Assembly: GCF_006345805.1 (NCBI RefSeq)
Contig: NW_021833649.1
Span: forward strand, 1 to 57,612
DNA from: Octopus sinensis
Taxonomy: Eukaryota
Length of the DNA: 57,612 bases
Reading direction: 5' to 3'
Shown: piece after piece, positions 1 to 12,604 of the stretch
Position numbering within the stretch: position 1 is the stretch's first letter
Layout of the letters: every line of letters starts with the position of its first letter
Made by a program: the position numbers and the translations under genes
Notes under the pieces: generated by a model
What the model saw: only the letters and a program-made list of their open reading frames with translations
The model's database searches: none
Told to the model about the DNA's origin: nothing

Positions 1-189
1 ATATAAATACACTCACAAACGCACAACATACATTTACACATACTATACAGGCATACGTATATGGATATATATATATATATATGATATATGTATGCGAATA
101 TATAATATATATATACACATACAGACATATATATATGTATATATATAAATATATACTCGCACACTTTCAAACATACACATATGCATGCA

Positions 190-262
<73 letters not shown>
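1..262. repeat. (TA)/(CA)n microsatellite
   Basis: Dinucleotide runs; explain ORFs 43..258 and 81..458. Confidence 0.95.
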
Positions 263-779
263 TTTAGAGTTTGCGCATCGGCCCGTGTTGTTCAATTATT
301 TATCACAGACAACTCTGAACGTTTTCTACAAATCTATTTTAATTATTGGTAAAAGGAAAACGAAGTATCATGGAAACCAAACTATTTCTGTGTATGGTAG
401 CTCAAAATACGCCATTAAAAGAAATAAAAGGAGAGAAAGAAGATCAAGGGACAATTAATCTCATGCCCACAATTGTCCATTTACGCATATTCTTTTATGC
501 TATATTTTTCTCCTCCTTTCAGTCAGTTGACTGCGGTCATGCTGGGGCACCGACTTGAAGAATTATAGTTGATCCAATCGATCTTAGTATTTATTTGGGG
601 TTTTTTTATGTGCGTTTTGTTAAACATTAATTTTCTCTGACGTAAACTTACTAGTACCGGTTGTCAAGTGACAGTAGTGGCCAAATACACATGCACACAC
701 ACATATACACATAGACACACACACATGTATACACATAGGCACATACACAAACAGACTTGCATATACACACACGCAAGCG

Positions 780-900
780 TACTCACACACATATGTATAT
801 ATATACGATGGGTTTCTTTGGTCAGCATGAAGCTATAGTAGAAGAGACTTGCCGAAGGTGCCAAGCAGTAGAACTGAACCTGGAACCATGTAGTTGGGCA
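780..900 (-). mobile_element. SINE-C 5' fragment (tRNA-derived)
   Basis: Matches the head of the full copies at 10391 and 29686. Confidence 0.7.
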
Positions 901-910
901 GGAATCTTCT

Positions 911-1141
911 TATTTCTTTACTACCCAGAAGGGGCTAAACACAGAGGGGACAAACAAGAGCAGACAAAGGGATTAAGTCGATTACATCGACCCCAGTGCG
1001 TAAATGGTATTTAATATATCGACCCCGAAAAAATGAAAGGTAAAGTCGACCTTGGCGGAATTTGAACTCAGAACGTAACAGCAGACGAAATACGGCTACG
1101 CATTTCGCCCGGCGTGCTAACGTTTCTGTCAGCTCACCGTC
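911..1141 (-). mobile_element. SINE-B monomer (tRNA-derived)
   Basis: Head GAGCTGACAGAAACGTTAGCACG, B-box GAGTTCAAATTCC, tail ending GTAGTAAAGAAATA. Confidence 0.9.
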
Positions 1142-1252
1142 TCTTCTTCTTACCACAGAGGATTCTTCTTACCACACAGCCACGCCTGCGCTTATATGGT
1201 TAATGTATTTGAACTAATATAGTTAAAGATAAAAAAACGATAAACGTCGCCC

Positions 1253-1536
1253 TTTGAAGCCTAGCCAGGCTCATAGGCCCGGTTTCCCGGTTTCCATGGC
1301 GTATGTATCCCCCCACCCCTGCTGGACGGGGCGCCTGTCCATCGCAGCGTTACTCAAGAAACAGGAAGAGAGAGTGAGAGAAAGTTGTGGCGATAGAGTA
1401 CAGCAGGGGTTGCCACCACCCCCTGCCGGAGCCTCGTGGAGCTTTTGGGTGCTTTCGCTCAATAAACACACACAACGCCCGGTCAGGGAATCAAAACCGC
1501 GAGTCCGCTGTCCTAACCACTGGGCCATTGCGCATC
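1253..1536 (-). mobile_element. tRNA-derived SINE, head 1 plus Meta-domain-like tail
   Basis: A-box TGGCCCAGTGG; tail GATGGAC..CCCGTCCAG..GAAACCGGG; imperfect TSD AATATAG(T/C)TAA.GATAA at ~1216 and ~1538. Confidence 0.8.
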
Positions 1537-1939
1537 CAATATAGCTAAGATAATTCTAGTAAATATATGTTATAATTTAATAACAAATACATTAGAGATA
1601 CATTAGAGACGGGAAGAAAAGAATAAGAGAAAAGGATGAAAATATAGCATGCAGTAATTTGGAGGACAGAACGAAATTAACAACGTTCTTGCTAATGAAC
1701 ATAAGAAGAACAATTACAAAAGATTTTGATCGTCTGCTTACAATCCAGCTTAATTATAATACAATCAGTGTCGAACAGTTTCCAATAACCCCCTGACATA
1801 TTAACTATAACATCCATACACACATACACGTTTATGCATGCACATTGAAACATGAGAAAAAATAGCAAAATGGTATATGCGGCTGTGCTCCGAGATTGTC
1901 AGAAAACACACTTAATTATGCTGATGACGTAGATATGAA

Positions 1940-2160
1940 TCTATATATATATATAAAACTAAGAATGTGTGTGTCTGTCCGTCTGTCTGAGTGTCTGTAT
2001 ATGTGCATCACTAAAACTCTAGAACTACTCAACCGGTTTCATTCATGTTTCATACATGAATTACTTAGGGTCCATGGAGTGTCATGGGCGAACAAAACAT
2101 TCAACTTCTTGCCTGATGCGAGCCCGGAGTAATCTCTTAGACTGTTTCGGTATTATCTGT
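1940..2160 (+). mobile_element. Non-autonomous Helitron 5' fragment
   Basis: A|TCTATATATATAAAACTAAGAATGTGTGTGTCTGTCCGTCTGTC resembles the 5' ends at 9464 and 23343; no 3' CTAG end found. Confidence 0.55.
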
Positions 2161-2844
2161 AAAAAGTGTAATAACATCTCTATTTTAATAACCCTTTCAC
2201 TTTTATATAGTTTCACTTTCTATATATATGTTTATATATATTTATATCACTGTATATATATATATGTGTGTGTGTATGTATGTATATAAATATATATATG
2301 CATGCATCTATGTGCATATATATGTATGTATATATATACGTATATATATATGTATATCTATGTATATACGTGTACATGTATATGTATATATATGTGTGTA
2401 TACATATATATCTGAATATTTATGTATATATATATGTATATATATATATATATATATGTAAACGTATACATAGATGTATATGCATATATATATATATATA
2501 TATATATAGATGGTGTGTGTGTGTGTGTGTGTGTGTGTTTGTGTGTATCTATATGTATATATATTTATATACAACTTATAAACAAGGGCAAAAGAAAAAA
2601 TTCCAACGCCAAATATGCCGAAAATAGACTTAAATCGTCAATAACCACGTATAATTCATTACTATAAGCACGCATCCCGAAGCAAGCCGACAGGAATTTC
2701 TAAAATATTCCGTTATTACCGAATCAGTCCAATTCCGAGTTAAATCATGAGTACACTAGGTGTACTGTAGAATTTCTATTTTGGATATATTTGGGGTAGT
2801 TTAATGTACACATGACTTTGTGTCTATTTCTTTCGGGTATGTAT

Positions 2845-3175
2845 ATATATAACGGGAAGCTTTATGAAAATAAACAAAAGACGAAGGCAGGTGGAAACCA
2901 ACGAACAATTGTATTAGATGGCGCTCAGGAAATATAAATAAAACAAGTCTTTAACGTTTTCGAGCCTACGCTCTTCAACAGAAAGATACACAGAGAGAAA
3001 AAAACACAGAAAGAAGGAGAGAAAAAAAAATGCGTGCAGTAGCTAACGTATCACATGGCGATCTGATTTCGGCCAGAGGTCAAAGATCAAACATGAGACG
3101 CGAGAGCGAAATAAGGGGAGATAATAGGGTTGATAATAGGGTTGAAAGACCACTAATAGTGCGTAGGTGAGGTAT
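2845..3175 (-). mobile_element. H2 family short element carrying a hammerhead-like motif
   Basis: Homologous to 27655-27800, 38140-38440 and 57330-57450. Confidence 0.75.
2948..2986 (-). ncRNA. Minimal type I hammerhead-like motif (CUGUUGA core variant)
   Basis: TCTTT-CTGTTGA-A-GAGC GTAG GCTC-GAAA-ACGTT-AAAGA: stems I and II pair. Confidence 0.55.
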
Positions 3176-3320
3176 ATATATATATATTATATATATATAT
3201 ATATATACCTATATATATATACCGGGAGTACCACATAAATGTGAAACAGGTGGAAAAAAAGAGTACTCAAATACCAGGGGTAATATATGCTCTATTTCAA
3301 AGCAGCAGATTCAACAAAAC

Positions 3321-3359
3321 CTGTTACTCTGAGTTTCACGTTTCCCGTTCGTCGGACAG
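3321..3359 (-). ncRNA. Hammerhead-like motif H3 (CCGACGA core variant)
   Basis: Reverse complement CTGT-CCGACGA-ACG GGAAA CGT-GAAA-CTCAGAG-TA-ACAG. Confidence 0.5.
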
Positions 3360-4745
3360 TTTTTTTAAAATAGAACCGATATGCCAATTCCTATCAAAAC
3401 TAGTATAAACGCTACACCTTTAAAAAGGACTGTTTGATTGGTCCTTTCAAATAACGGTCATTTTCGAGCGATAAACAAAAATTAGCTCAATATAAAATAT
3501 TAAAAATATATATATAAAAATTATAAAAGTCGAGAAAAAAACCTTACATCGAATCTTTGGTTAAAATACACATTGTCATTAATAAAGAAAATATAATTAA
3601 TACATGGAAATTAAATTAAAATATTAAAATGTATTAAAATATTTCACAACAGTACATACTCATACTAAACTATACATATATACATCAACATACAAAGATA
3701 GATGTACGCAGACCACATACATATACAGACATATAAATACAAAACAAATGCATGTACGCATATGTATACGCAATCTAGCTCGCATGCAAAATCACTGTAT
3801 CCCTTATTTACAACATAAAGCTAAAGACATAAGTAAGGGAGGGGGAGGGGGACGTAATTTTACAGGGCTCTATACAAGTAACGAATAGGGAGAGAAAAAA
3901 TCGAAAGAAAGGAAGAGAGAGAAAAAGAAAAAAGAGAAAAGGAAAAAAGAAGAAAAGGAAAGAAGAAAAAATTATAACGGTCTGGCTATGAGTTTTTGTA
4001 TCCAAATTATGTAAGCACATATACTGACACATATACATATAGAGAGACAAGTACGCAAACACACAAGCCCAAGTGGATACATGCATACACATAGATTCGT
4101 GTATGTATGTGCTTAAGTACAAACATACGCTCACTTACACATATACAAAGACGTAAGCGTACAAAGACATATTCATGCCAATACACATATTCACATAAAT
4201 AAACATACATACACGAATGTATGTGTATGCATGTATCCATTTGGGCTTGTGTGTTTGCGTACTTGTCTCTATAGATGTGTCTATATGGATACAGTGATTT
4301 TGCATGCGAGCGAGATTGCGTATACATATGCGTACATGCATTTGTGTGTATATTTTAGTTTTTACTATTTATATATCTGTATTGTATGTGGTCTGCGCGC
4401 ATCTATCTGTTTATGTTGATGTATATATGTATAGTTTAGTATGAGTATGTACTGTTGTGAAATATTTTAAAGCATTTTAATATTTTAATTTCAATTTCCA
4501 TGTATTAATTATATTTTCTTTATTAATGACAATATGTAAATTAACCAAAGATTCGATGTAAGGTTTTTTCCTCGACTTTATAAATTTTATATATTTTTTA
4601 AAATATTTTATATTGAGCTAATTTTTGTTTATCGCTCGAAAATGACCGTTATTTGAAAGGACCAATCAAACAAGTCCTTTTTTAAAGGTGTAGCGTTTAT
4701 ACTAGTCTTGATAGAATTGGCATATCGGTTCTATTTAAACAAAAA

Positions 4746-4783
4746 CTGTCCGACGAACGGGAACGTGAAACTCAGAGTAACAG
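4746..4783 (+). ncRNA. Hammerhead-like motif H3 (CCGACGA core variant)
   Basis: CTGT-CCGACGA-ACG GGAA CGT-GAAA-CTCAGAG-TA-ACAG; predicted GUA cleavage triplet. Confidence 0.55.
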
Positions 4784-4821
4784 GTTTTGTTGAATTTCTG
4801 CTGCTTTGAAATAAGTATATA

Positions 4822-4922
<101 letters not shown>

Positions 4923-4931
4923 AAATATATA

Positions 4932-5054
4932 ATCACCGTGATCACCGTGACCGACCAGGCTATCAGATGTTTCTACTCATCGCTGGTCACAATGCGCTTC
5001 ACATTGCTTTAGCCTTCAAATGACGCCACCCCCGCTGGCTAAGCAGGTAGGCCA
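4932..5054. mobile_element. ~120-bp element in TA-rich repeats, copy 1
   Basis: Close match to 18966-19078; (TA)n on the right, short TA run plus (CT)n/(TA)n on the left. Confidence 0.75.
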
Positions 5055-5085
<31 letters not shown>

Positions 5086-5249
5086 ATAATATATATATTA
5101 TACCACACCACCCACCACACACACATATATATATATATATGCGCAACAAATACGCCCACAAATACTCACACATATATTTATATAAACATATATGAGTGTA
5201 TATTTATACAAGCAGTTATATACATACGTCAGGGCGGTAAGGTGCAGTA

Positions 5250-5582
5250 GTGAGGGCGCGTGGCTTAGTGGTTAGGGCATTCGGCTCATGATCGTAAGGT
5301 TGTGAGTTCGATTCCCGGCGACGCGTTGTGTCCTTGAGCAAGACACTTTATTTCACGTTGCTACAGTCCACTCAGCTGGCAAAAATGAGTTGTACTTGTA
5401 TTTCAAAGGGTCAGCCTTGTCACTCTCTGTGTCACGCTGATTATCCCCGAGAACTACGTTAAGGGTACACGTGTCTGTGGAATGCTCAGCCATTTGCACG
5501 TTAATTTCACGAGCAAGCTGTTCCGTTGATCATATCAGCTGGGACCCTCGTCGTCGTAACCGGCGGAGTCTTTTTAAAAAAA
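5250..5582 (+). mobile_element. tRNA-derived SINE, head 2 plus tail X
   Basis: A-box TGGCTTAGTGG, B-box GTTCGATTC; TSD AAGGTGCAGTA at 5239-5249 and 5583-5593. Confidence 0.9.
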
Positions 5583-6045
5583 AAGGTGCAGTAAGGTTCA
5601 TGAACGAATTGATTAATCAGAAATTAAACGAGAAACACCATTTGCTGCGTTCTTTTACCGAGGTAAAGTACACGCGTAGAAGCCAAGGATCAAACTATTG
5701 ATCTGACATCTCTTCATCATCGTAATTGTGTCAAGAACATCGCACGTCTTGTCAGCCAGGCAGCTGACGTCCGCATTAGCCAATATCTAGACAAAGGCTT
5801 TCCAAGGGCGTTGACATTTAGCTGGTCTACATTCAAAGATCGATGTAGTTGATATTAATTAATGAATCAAGTGTCCTCGTCCATCAACTGTAATTTTTAA
5901 TGGGACAGTTTATGCGTAAAATTTATGAGTGAGATTAATATCCAGAAAGACGTATCCGTTGGACATGTTTTCTATTCCTATTTAGACATCTGTGAGCTTC
6001 GATTAAGTATATATCATGCGCATTGTACATCGTGGGCATACATAA

Positions 6046-6092
<47 letters not shown>

Positions 6093-6109
6093 ATATATAT
6101 ATATATATA

Positions 6110-6505
6110 TACTCTTTTACTCTTTTACTTGTTTCAGTCATTTGACTGCGGCCATGCTGGAGCACCGCTTTTAGTCGAGCAACTCGACCACGGGACTTAT
6201 CCTTTGTAAGCCCAGTACTTATTCTATCGGTCACTTTTTGCCGAACCGCTAAGCGACGGGGACGTAAACACACCAGCATCGGTTGTCAAGCAATGCTATG
6301 GGGACAAACACAGACACAGAAACATATACACACACACTTATATATATATACATATATACGACTGACCTCTTTCAGTTTCCGTCTACCAAATCCACCCACA
6401 AGGCATCGGTCGGCCCGGGGCTATAGCAGAAGACACTTGCCCAAGATGCCACGCAGTGGGACTGAACCCGGAACCATGTGGTTGGTTAGCAAGCTACACA
6501 GCCAC
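6110..6505 (-). mobile_element. SINE-C
   Basis: Head, internal TA/CA microsatellite and (AAAAGAGT)n tail. Confidence 0.9.
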
Positions 6506-6506
6506 T

Positions 6507-6544
<38 letters not shown>

Positions 6545-6844
6545 ACCTCTCTATGTATCTATCTCCACAAAATCTATATGGTTGAGGAAAGATATTCAGA
6601 ATTATCCAAAGGAATATTCCTCTAATTTCTTATCTTATAACAAATTTATTGGATTTTTGTTCTCAAATGCGATAATCTTTTTCCGGACCTTTTAAAGGAC
6701 TCTGTACCACCCTCTAGTATATTTTTATGAGTTTTCCGTCAAATGGTAAACGTTATCTGGTTCTCACCACAAACCTGTAATGCCAGTGTTTTCAGGAGAA
6801 AGGCTCTCAGTATCCTTATTGAGAGGCTCTCAATATTAAGTTTA

Positions 6845-7247
6845 AAGGCGGTGGGCTAGCAGAATCGATAGCAACCAGGCAAAATACTTAACGGCATTAC
6901 ATCTACCGCTACGTTCTGAGTTCAAATTCCGCCGAGGACGACTTTGCCTTTCATCCTTTCGGGGTCGATTAAATAAGTACCAGTTACGTACTGGAGTCGA
7001 TATAATCGATTTAATCCGTTTGTCTGTCCTTGTTTGTCCCCTCTGTGTTTAGCCCCTTGTGAGTAGTAAAGAAATAGGTATTTCGTCCGTCTTTACGTTT
7101 TGAGTTCAAATTCCGCCGATGTCGACTTTAACTTTCATCCTATCGCGGTCAATGAAATAAGTACCTGTGGAGCACTGGGGTTCAAGTAACTGACCTAACC
7201 TCTCCTCTGAACTTTCTGGCCTTGTGCCAAAATTTGAAACCAATATT
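6845..7247 (+). mobile_element. SINE-B dimer
   Basis: Head, body and tail 1, then a second body starting GGTATTTCGTC with an alternative tail. Confidence 0.85.
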
Positions 7248-7306
7248 TTCGAGTATTAAGGGAGGGCAGCGAGCTGGCAGAATAGTTAACGCGCCGGAGA
7301 AAAATG

Positions 7307-7894
7307 GGATCTTTTCGGTTTGAACGGCAGTTTTTAACATAATTTCTAGGTAACTAAACACTTTTAAACTTCGTATACGGGTAGAATGTGTTTATAAAAC
7401 ATATTTTTCTCTTGGCTTTATTGAGAAAATTCTATAGTTTGTAAGATATTTTTTTTCCTTCAATTTCTGCAATTTCAACCAATCAATGACGTCCATTGAG
7501 ATAAACAACATTCTGTGCCGTATGAATGTGTCCCTCGTTTAAGAAACAGATTGGGTTTATTTACATTTCTGAAGAAAAAAAGATACCCTTCCCCCCATCC
7601 CTAACCATAACCCTAAAACAGAGATGCAATAGATCGATACTAGGGTCATAATTATGGGAGACAATTTCATATGTCACCGCTAGAAAAACTACCGTTCGTG
7701 CCGTATGAATGTGTCCCTCGTTTAAGAAACAGATTGGGTTTATTTACATTTCTGAAGAAAAAAAGATACCCTTCCCCCCATCCCTAACCCTAACCCTAAA
7801 ACAGAGATGCAATAGATCGATACTAGGGTCATAATTATGGGAGACAATTTCATATGTCACCGCTAGAAAAACTACCGTTCAAACCGAAATATCC
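7307..7894. mobile_element. GG-terminal MITE with 8-bp TSD (Merlin-like), inserted in a SINE-B
   Basis: TIR GGATCTTTTCGGTTTGAACGG; TSD GAAAAATG at 7299-7306 and 7895-7902; internal ~183-bp tandem duplication; CCCTAA repeats. Confidence 0.85.
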
Positions 7895-8680
7895 GAAAAA
7901 TGTTTAGCAGCTTTTCTTACGGCTCTTTACATCCTGAGTTCAAATGCCGCCGGGATCGAAACTCCATTTCGAGGTTGGTAAAATAAATACCAGCTAAGAA
8001 CTGGGGTCGATGTGATTGACTTATTCCCTCTACTGCAAATTGCTGGCTTTGTACCAAAATTTGAAACCTATGTTATTCAAGTATTAAAAACCATCAATAT
8101 TCCCCAGTTTTTTTTTAGTTTTCAAAAATTCCATTGTAAATAGCAAAATAAATGCTTTATATTTTATCGTTTTATTTGAAAGCAACTATTCTTTTCAAGA
8201 AATTTTTCGAAATTACAAATGGTCAATATAGCATTCTCAGAAACTACAACAACATCAAATAATTTCTGCTGCTGCTTTTAAGGTTAATTTGTTGCCATAT
8301 ATAAGGTTTGGGTTGATTAACAATAATTGAAGAAGCCAGATATTATATTTCATACAAATATCCTCTATTATTCATGGTGTATCTGGGAAATATTGAAAGT
8401 TCTCCATATCTCTTGTCTTCCTTAAACGTAAGGTTAGCTCGTTATGACATTTACAATTGCACGTTGGAAGCCTGTCGTTCGTAAAAATAGGGAATAAATT
8501 TCCTGACGACAGGGCCGCATTCAGTAATAGCATTATATTAGTATGAAGCACAAATTGATTGAAAAACAAAACAAAAAAGTAAGGCACATATCAAATCTCA
8601 GATATTCGTTTTTGTTTGCCATCAGTAGTCTCTCGACTGCTCGCACAATACGCTAGAATGGCTGTATATATAAATTGTAT

Positions 8681-9281
8681 AAGGCGGTGAGCTGGCAGAA
8701 ACGTTAGCACGCCGGGCGAAATGCGTAGCCGTATTTCGTCTGCCGTTACGTTCTGAGTTCAAATTTCGCCGGGGTCGACTTTGCCTTTCATCCTTTCGGA
8801 GTTGATTAAATAAGTACCAGTTACGCACTGGGGTCGATATAATCGAATTAATCCGTTTGTCTGTCCTTGTTTGTCTCCTCCTTGTTTAGCCCCTTGTGGG
8901 TAGTAAAGAAATAGGTATGTTGTCTGCCGCTACGTTCTGAGTTCAAATTCCGCCGAGGTCGACTTTGCCTTTCATCCTTTTGGGGTCGATAGATTAAGTA
9001 CCAGTTACGCACTGGGGTCGATATAATCGACTTAATCCGTTTGTCTGTCCTTGTTTGTCCTCTCTGTGTTTAGCCCCTTGTGAGTAGTAAAGAAATAGGT
9101 ATTTCATCTGCTGTTACGATCTGAGTTCAAATTCACCCGAGGTCGACTTTGCCTTTCATCCTTTCGGGGTCGATTAAATAAGTACCAGTTACGCACTGCG
9201 GTCGATGTAATCGACTTAATCCCCTTGTCTGTCCTTGTTTGTCCCCTCTGTGTTTAGCTACTTGTGGGCAATAAAGAAATA
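8681..9281 (+). mobile_element. SINE-B trimer (184-bp period)
   Basis: Tail-to-body junctions AAAGAAATA|GGTAT at 8914 and 9098. Confidence 0.9.
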
Positions 9282-9463
9282 CATATATATTGTTATCTTT
9301 TATTTTTTTTAATCATTAGACCAATGGTTCTCAGTCAGCGTCCATGTGACCCTAGGAGGCCCATTATAATATTTCCTTGTTAAAAATTATGTGTACTACA
9401 TTGGGTATACTTCTACAATACACAAAATATTAAATAAAATTTTTTATACCATACCTAATGATA

Positions 9464-9859
9464 TCTTTATGTATAAAAGTGAAGTTGTGTGTCGGTCTCC
9501 TTCGATTTAGATTCCTAATTACTCCCACATTTTGCGGTGCAGTTTAACCAAAACCGGGTATCTTATAGTCGTGATTCATATCGAGCCCTTCTGGGTATTA
9601 GCGCGCGTCTACGATGAGTCTACGATTTTTAAAAAATTACCATCATTTTTTTCCATTTTAATGCATTTTTTCGCTATTATATAAGGGAAGTAACTCTCTA
9701 AAAATGTCTACGATGAATCAACGATTTAAAAAAAAATTTACCATCATTTTTTTTCCATTTTTAATGCATTTTTTTGGTATTTTTTTGCTATAACTCTCTA
9801 AAAATGCTTATATAGTTATTTCCCTTACAAACCCGAGCAACACCGGGCGATACTGCTAG
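9464..9859 (+). mobile_element. Non-autonomous Helitron (family D)
   Basis: A|TC 5' end, subterminal hairpin CCCGAGCAACACCGGG, CTAG|T 3' end, no TSD. Confidence 0.9.
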
Positions 9860-10390
9860 TTTAATAATAAAAATATAATGCAAATTTTTAAAACATCGAA
9901 TAGCTACGGAGGATCGAGAAGAGTAAAATTGTAATCAAAGGAATCTATTGGCCAAAAATTTCTTCTCCTGTATTCAAACTTACTTTCGTGACCCACACAC
10001 ACACGTGTAAATTTATATTTCGCGTATGAGTATGTGTGTATATGTGTGCATTTGTATTTATAGAGAACGGATAATTTTTACGAAGCTCGGTAAGACCAAC
10101 TGTCTTATGAACGCATAACAACATCCACTTCAACATATGGTTACAAATTATGATTTTATACCATGTTATTTCTTCCACGCATGGTATAATCATTAACAGT
10201 AATGAGCTGCCATTTCTTATACAACATATCTATAGTTCTGACGAATCAAATCTTGTGAAGAGCAAACATAATGAAAGCTGATGTACAGAGCAAGAAAACT
10301 GACAGTGGAGATGATCTTGTGTTATTAATATTTTATACGAAGATCTATTTCAGTACATCTTATATTTATAACATTTATATTATATTACAT

Positions 10391-10971
10391 AGGCGTAGGA
10401 GTGGCTGTGTGGTAAGTAGCTTGCTTACAAACCACATGGTTTCGGGTTCAGTCGCACTGCGTGCCACCTTGGGCAAGTGTCTTCTACTATAGCCTCGGGC
10501 CGACTAAAGCTTTGTGAGTGGATTTGGTAGACGGAAACTGAAAGAAGCCCGTCGTATATATGTATGTATATATATATATATATACTAGCAGTATCGCCCC
10601 GGCGTGCTCAGGTTTGTAAGGGAAATAACTATAAAGCATTTTTAGAGAGTTATAGCCAAAACATCGCAAAAAAAAAGGAAAAAATTATGGTAAATTTTTT
10701 TTTGATAGTTAAAAAAGGTGGAGTTCGTCACCTACAAAGTTGTGTGGTTGTGTTCCTGATTCTCGACCCCATGTTTAATTTATCGATTTTTTTCAGAACT
10801 TGGGGAACTTTTCAAATTTTCGCTGCGTTAGTTTTGAATTATGACATTGGGCTATGTGTGTGTCAAGTTTCATCAGAATCGGTTGAAAGCCGTGGTCAGG
10901 GTGAGGGTACAAGGCAACAGCACACAGAAACCGCTCACAGACAACTGCCGTTTAATATAATATATATATAT

Positions 10972-11004
<33 letters not shown>

Positions 11005-11238
11005 CTGTGTGTGTGTGTGTATATGTATGTATGTGTGTATATGTTTGTGTGTCTGTGTTTGTCCCTCCCACCATCGCTTGACCACCGATGCTGGTGGGTT
11101 TACGTCCCCGTAACTTAGCGCTTCGGCAAAAAAGACCATACTAGGCTTACAAAGAATAAGTCCTTGGGTCAATTTGCTCGACTAAAGGCGGTGCTCTAAC
11201 ATGGCCGCAGTCAAATGACTGAAACAAGTAAAAGAGTA
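10391..11238 (+). mobile_element. SINE-C with a Helitron nested in its internal microsatellite
   Basis: Head 10391-10555 and tail ~11040-11238 flank the Helitron. Confidence 0.9.
10585..10962 (-). mobile_element. Helitron variant (family D 3' end, different 5' body)
   Basis: Reverse-strand hairpin plus CTAG at 10585; body differs from the 9464 copy; 5' end lost in (TA)n. Confidence 0.75.
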
Positions 11239-11241
11239 ATA

Positions 11242-12604
11242 GTCTCAGATATCTTTTCCTGTTCTCTCTTATATAATGGTGAAATAAGTATCCATATGTT
11301 TGCAGTGACACTTCATATATGATGAATTCAAAATATCTCATTATTAGATTCGCAAGAACAAGAGCTACTTTCGTTCCCATCGCAATTCCACATTCTTGTC
11401 GGTAGTTGGTGTCATCAAATAGGAAATAACTGTTCTGAAATATAAACTTTAAAGTTTCTATATTAAAAACCTGGCTTATGCGTTCCGGAAGTTCTTCGAG
11501 ACATTTTTCCAGCCAGAATTTTATTCCATTGTCGTGTGGGATATTGATGTTAAGATTAATGACATCAAAGGAAACCATTAGTGTCTCTTCATTAGTTGTT
11601 TTCGGTAAATGGTTCAACGTATCTAGATCGTCTCTAATGAAACTTTTGGTGTTTTTCAAGGGTTTCAGTAGCATGTCTAGAAAGTTGTTTAGGCGGTGAG
11701 TTTCACGAGCTGGGCCAGCTATAATTGGCCTTAATTTAGAATTTTCTGGCACTAGGATATCTTTGTATGTGCCTGGTGATTTTTTGCAGGTTTCATTAAT
11801 TATCTGGCTCTTGTATATTTTAGGTAAGCCATACAAAAGACAAGATTCACATTTAAAATTCGTGATATATCCTATTTCTTTTTCTGTCGGGCCTTTTCCA
11901 TGTAGATGGATTAAGGATGCAAGATTTTTCCTTGTCTTTTGTTGTTTATATATTTCTTTACTACCCACAAGGGGCTAAACATAGGACAGACAAAAGGATT
12001 AAGTCGATTACATCGACCCAGTGCGAAAGTGGTACTTTATTTATCGACCCCGAGAGGATGAAAGGCAAAGTCGACCTCGGCTGAATTTGAACTCAGAACG
12101 TAACGGCAGACGAAGTACGGCTACGCATTTCGCCCAGAGTGCTAACGTTTCACGCAGATCGCCGCCTTTCTTTTGTTGTTTATAGTTTTTGTAGAAGGTA
12201 TCGTTTTCTAGCATGGACAATACTAGGTTTTTGTAGTATTCTGTGTCCATCACGACTACAGCACTTCCTTTGTCTGCTTCTTTGAGTGCTAGTTCTTTGC
12301 CGTCTTGCAATACAGTTAGATTTTTCCATTCTAAATTGTTGAGGTTTGAATTAATTTTTCGTTTATGGAAAGTATTTAAGAAATGTTGGATATGGTCGCT
12401 GAAGTCATCTAGTATTTTATTCTTACCCTTAGGTGGAAGATAAATGCTTCTGCTTTTAACCGGTGATTCATCCTCGTTGTTGTAGTCAGTTAGTAAGTCG
12501 TAGTTTTCTGCAGAATTCCTAAATATTGTCTTTAATTTCATTCTGGTTAGACCTTTGTCGGGTTGGGGTAAATTTTAATCTTTTAGTTAGTAGACTGATT
12601 TTTG
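11242..12604 (-). pseudogene. Penelope-like element reverse transcriptase fragment
   Basis: Motifs LLTKRLKFTPT, ADKGSAVVVMD, YGLPKIYK, LRPII, SFDV, YRQECGIAMG, ANLIM; truncated at RYL before the catalytic DD; split by a SINE-B. Confidence 0.9.
11951..12168 (-). mobile_element. SINE-B monomer with 16-bp TSD
   Basis: TCTTTTGTTGTTTATA at 11935-11950 and 12169-12184. Confidence 0.95.

Larger units (their letters stand above)
3290..4814. repeat. Long inverted repeat (foldback) with H3 hammerhead-like motifs near both outer ends
   Basis: 3290-3802 plus 4020-4112 are reverse-complementary to 4205-4814; ~95-bp loop; left arm carries a ~220-bp purine-rich insert. Confidence 0.9.

Noticed and set aside
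5594-5990. Possible Tc1/mariner remnant (LHHRN.., QYLDKGFP..W)
   Set aside because: Motif similarity too degenerate and no TIR pair found
8681-9281. Regular repeats with palindromic GTCGAC motifs that could suggest a CRISPR array
   Set aside because: Whole 184-bp units are homologous with no unique spacers; eukaryotic SINE context; no cas genes
9322-9450. CAATGGTTCTCA start resembling a hAT TIR
   Set aside because: No second TIR or TSD; interrupted by a Helitron
10564-11118. 184-aa ORF
   Set aside because: Spans the antisense of a Helitron plus microsatellite and SINE tail; chance open frame
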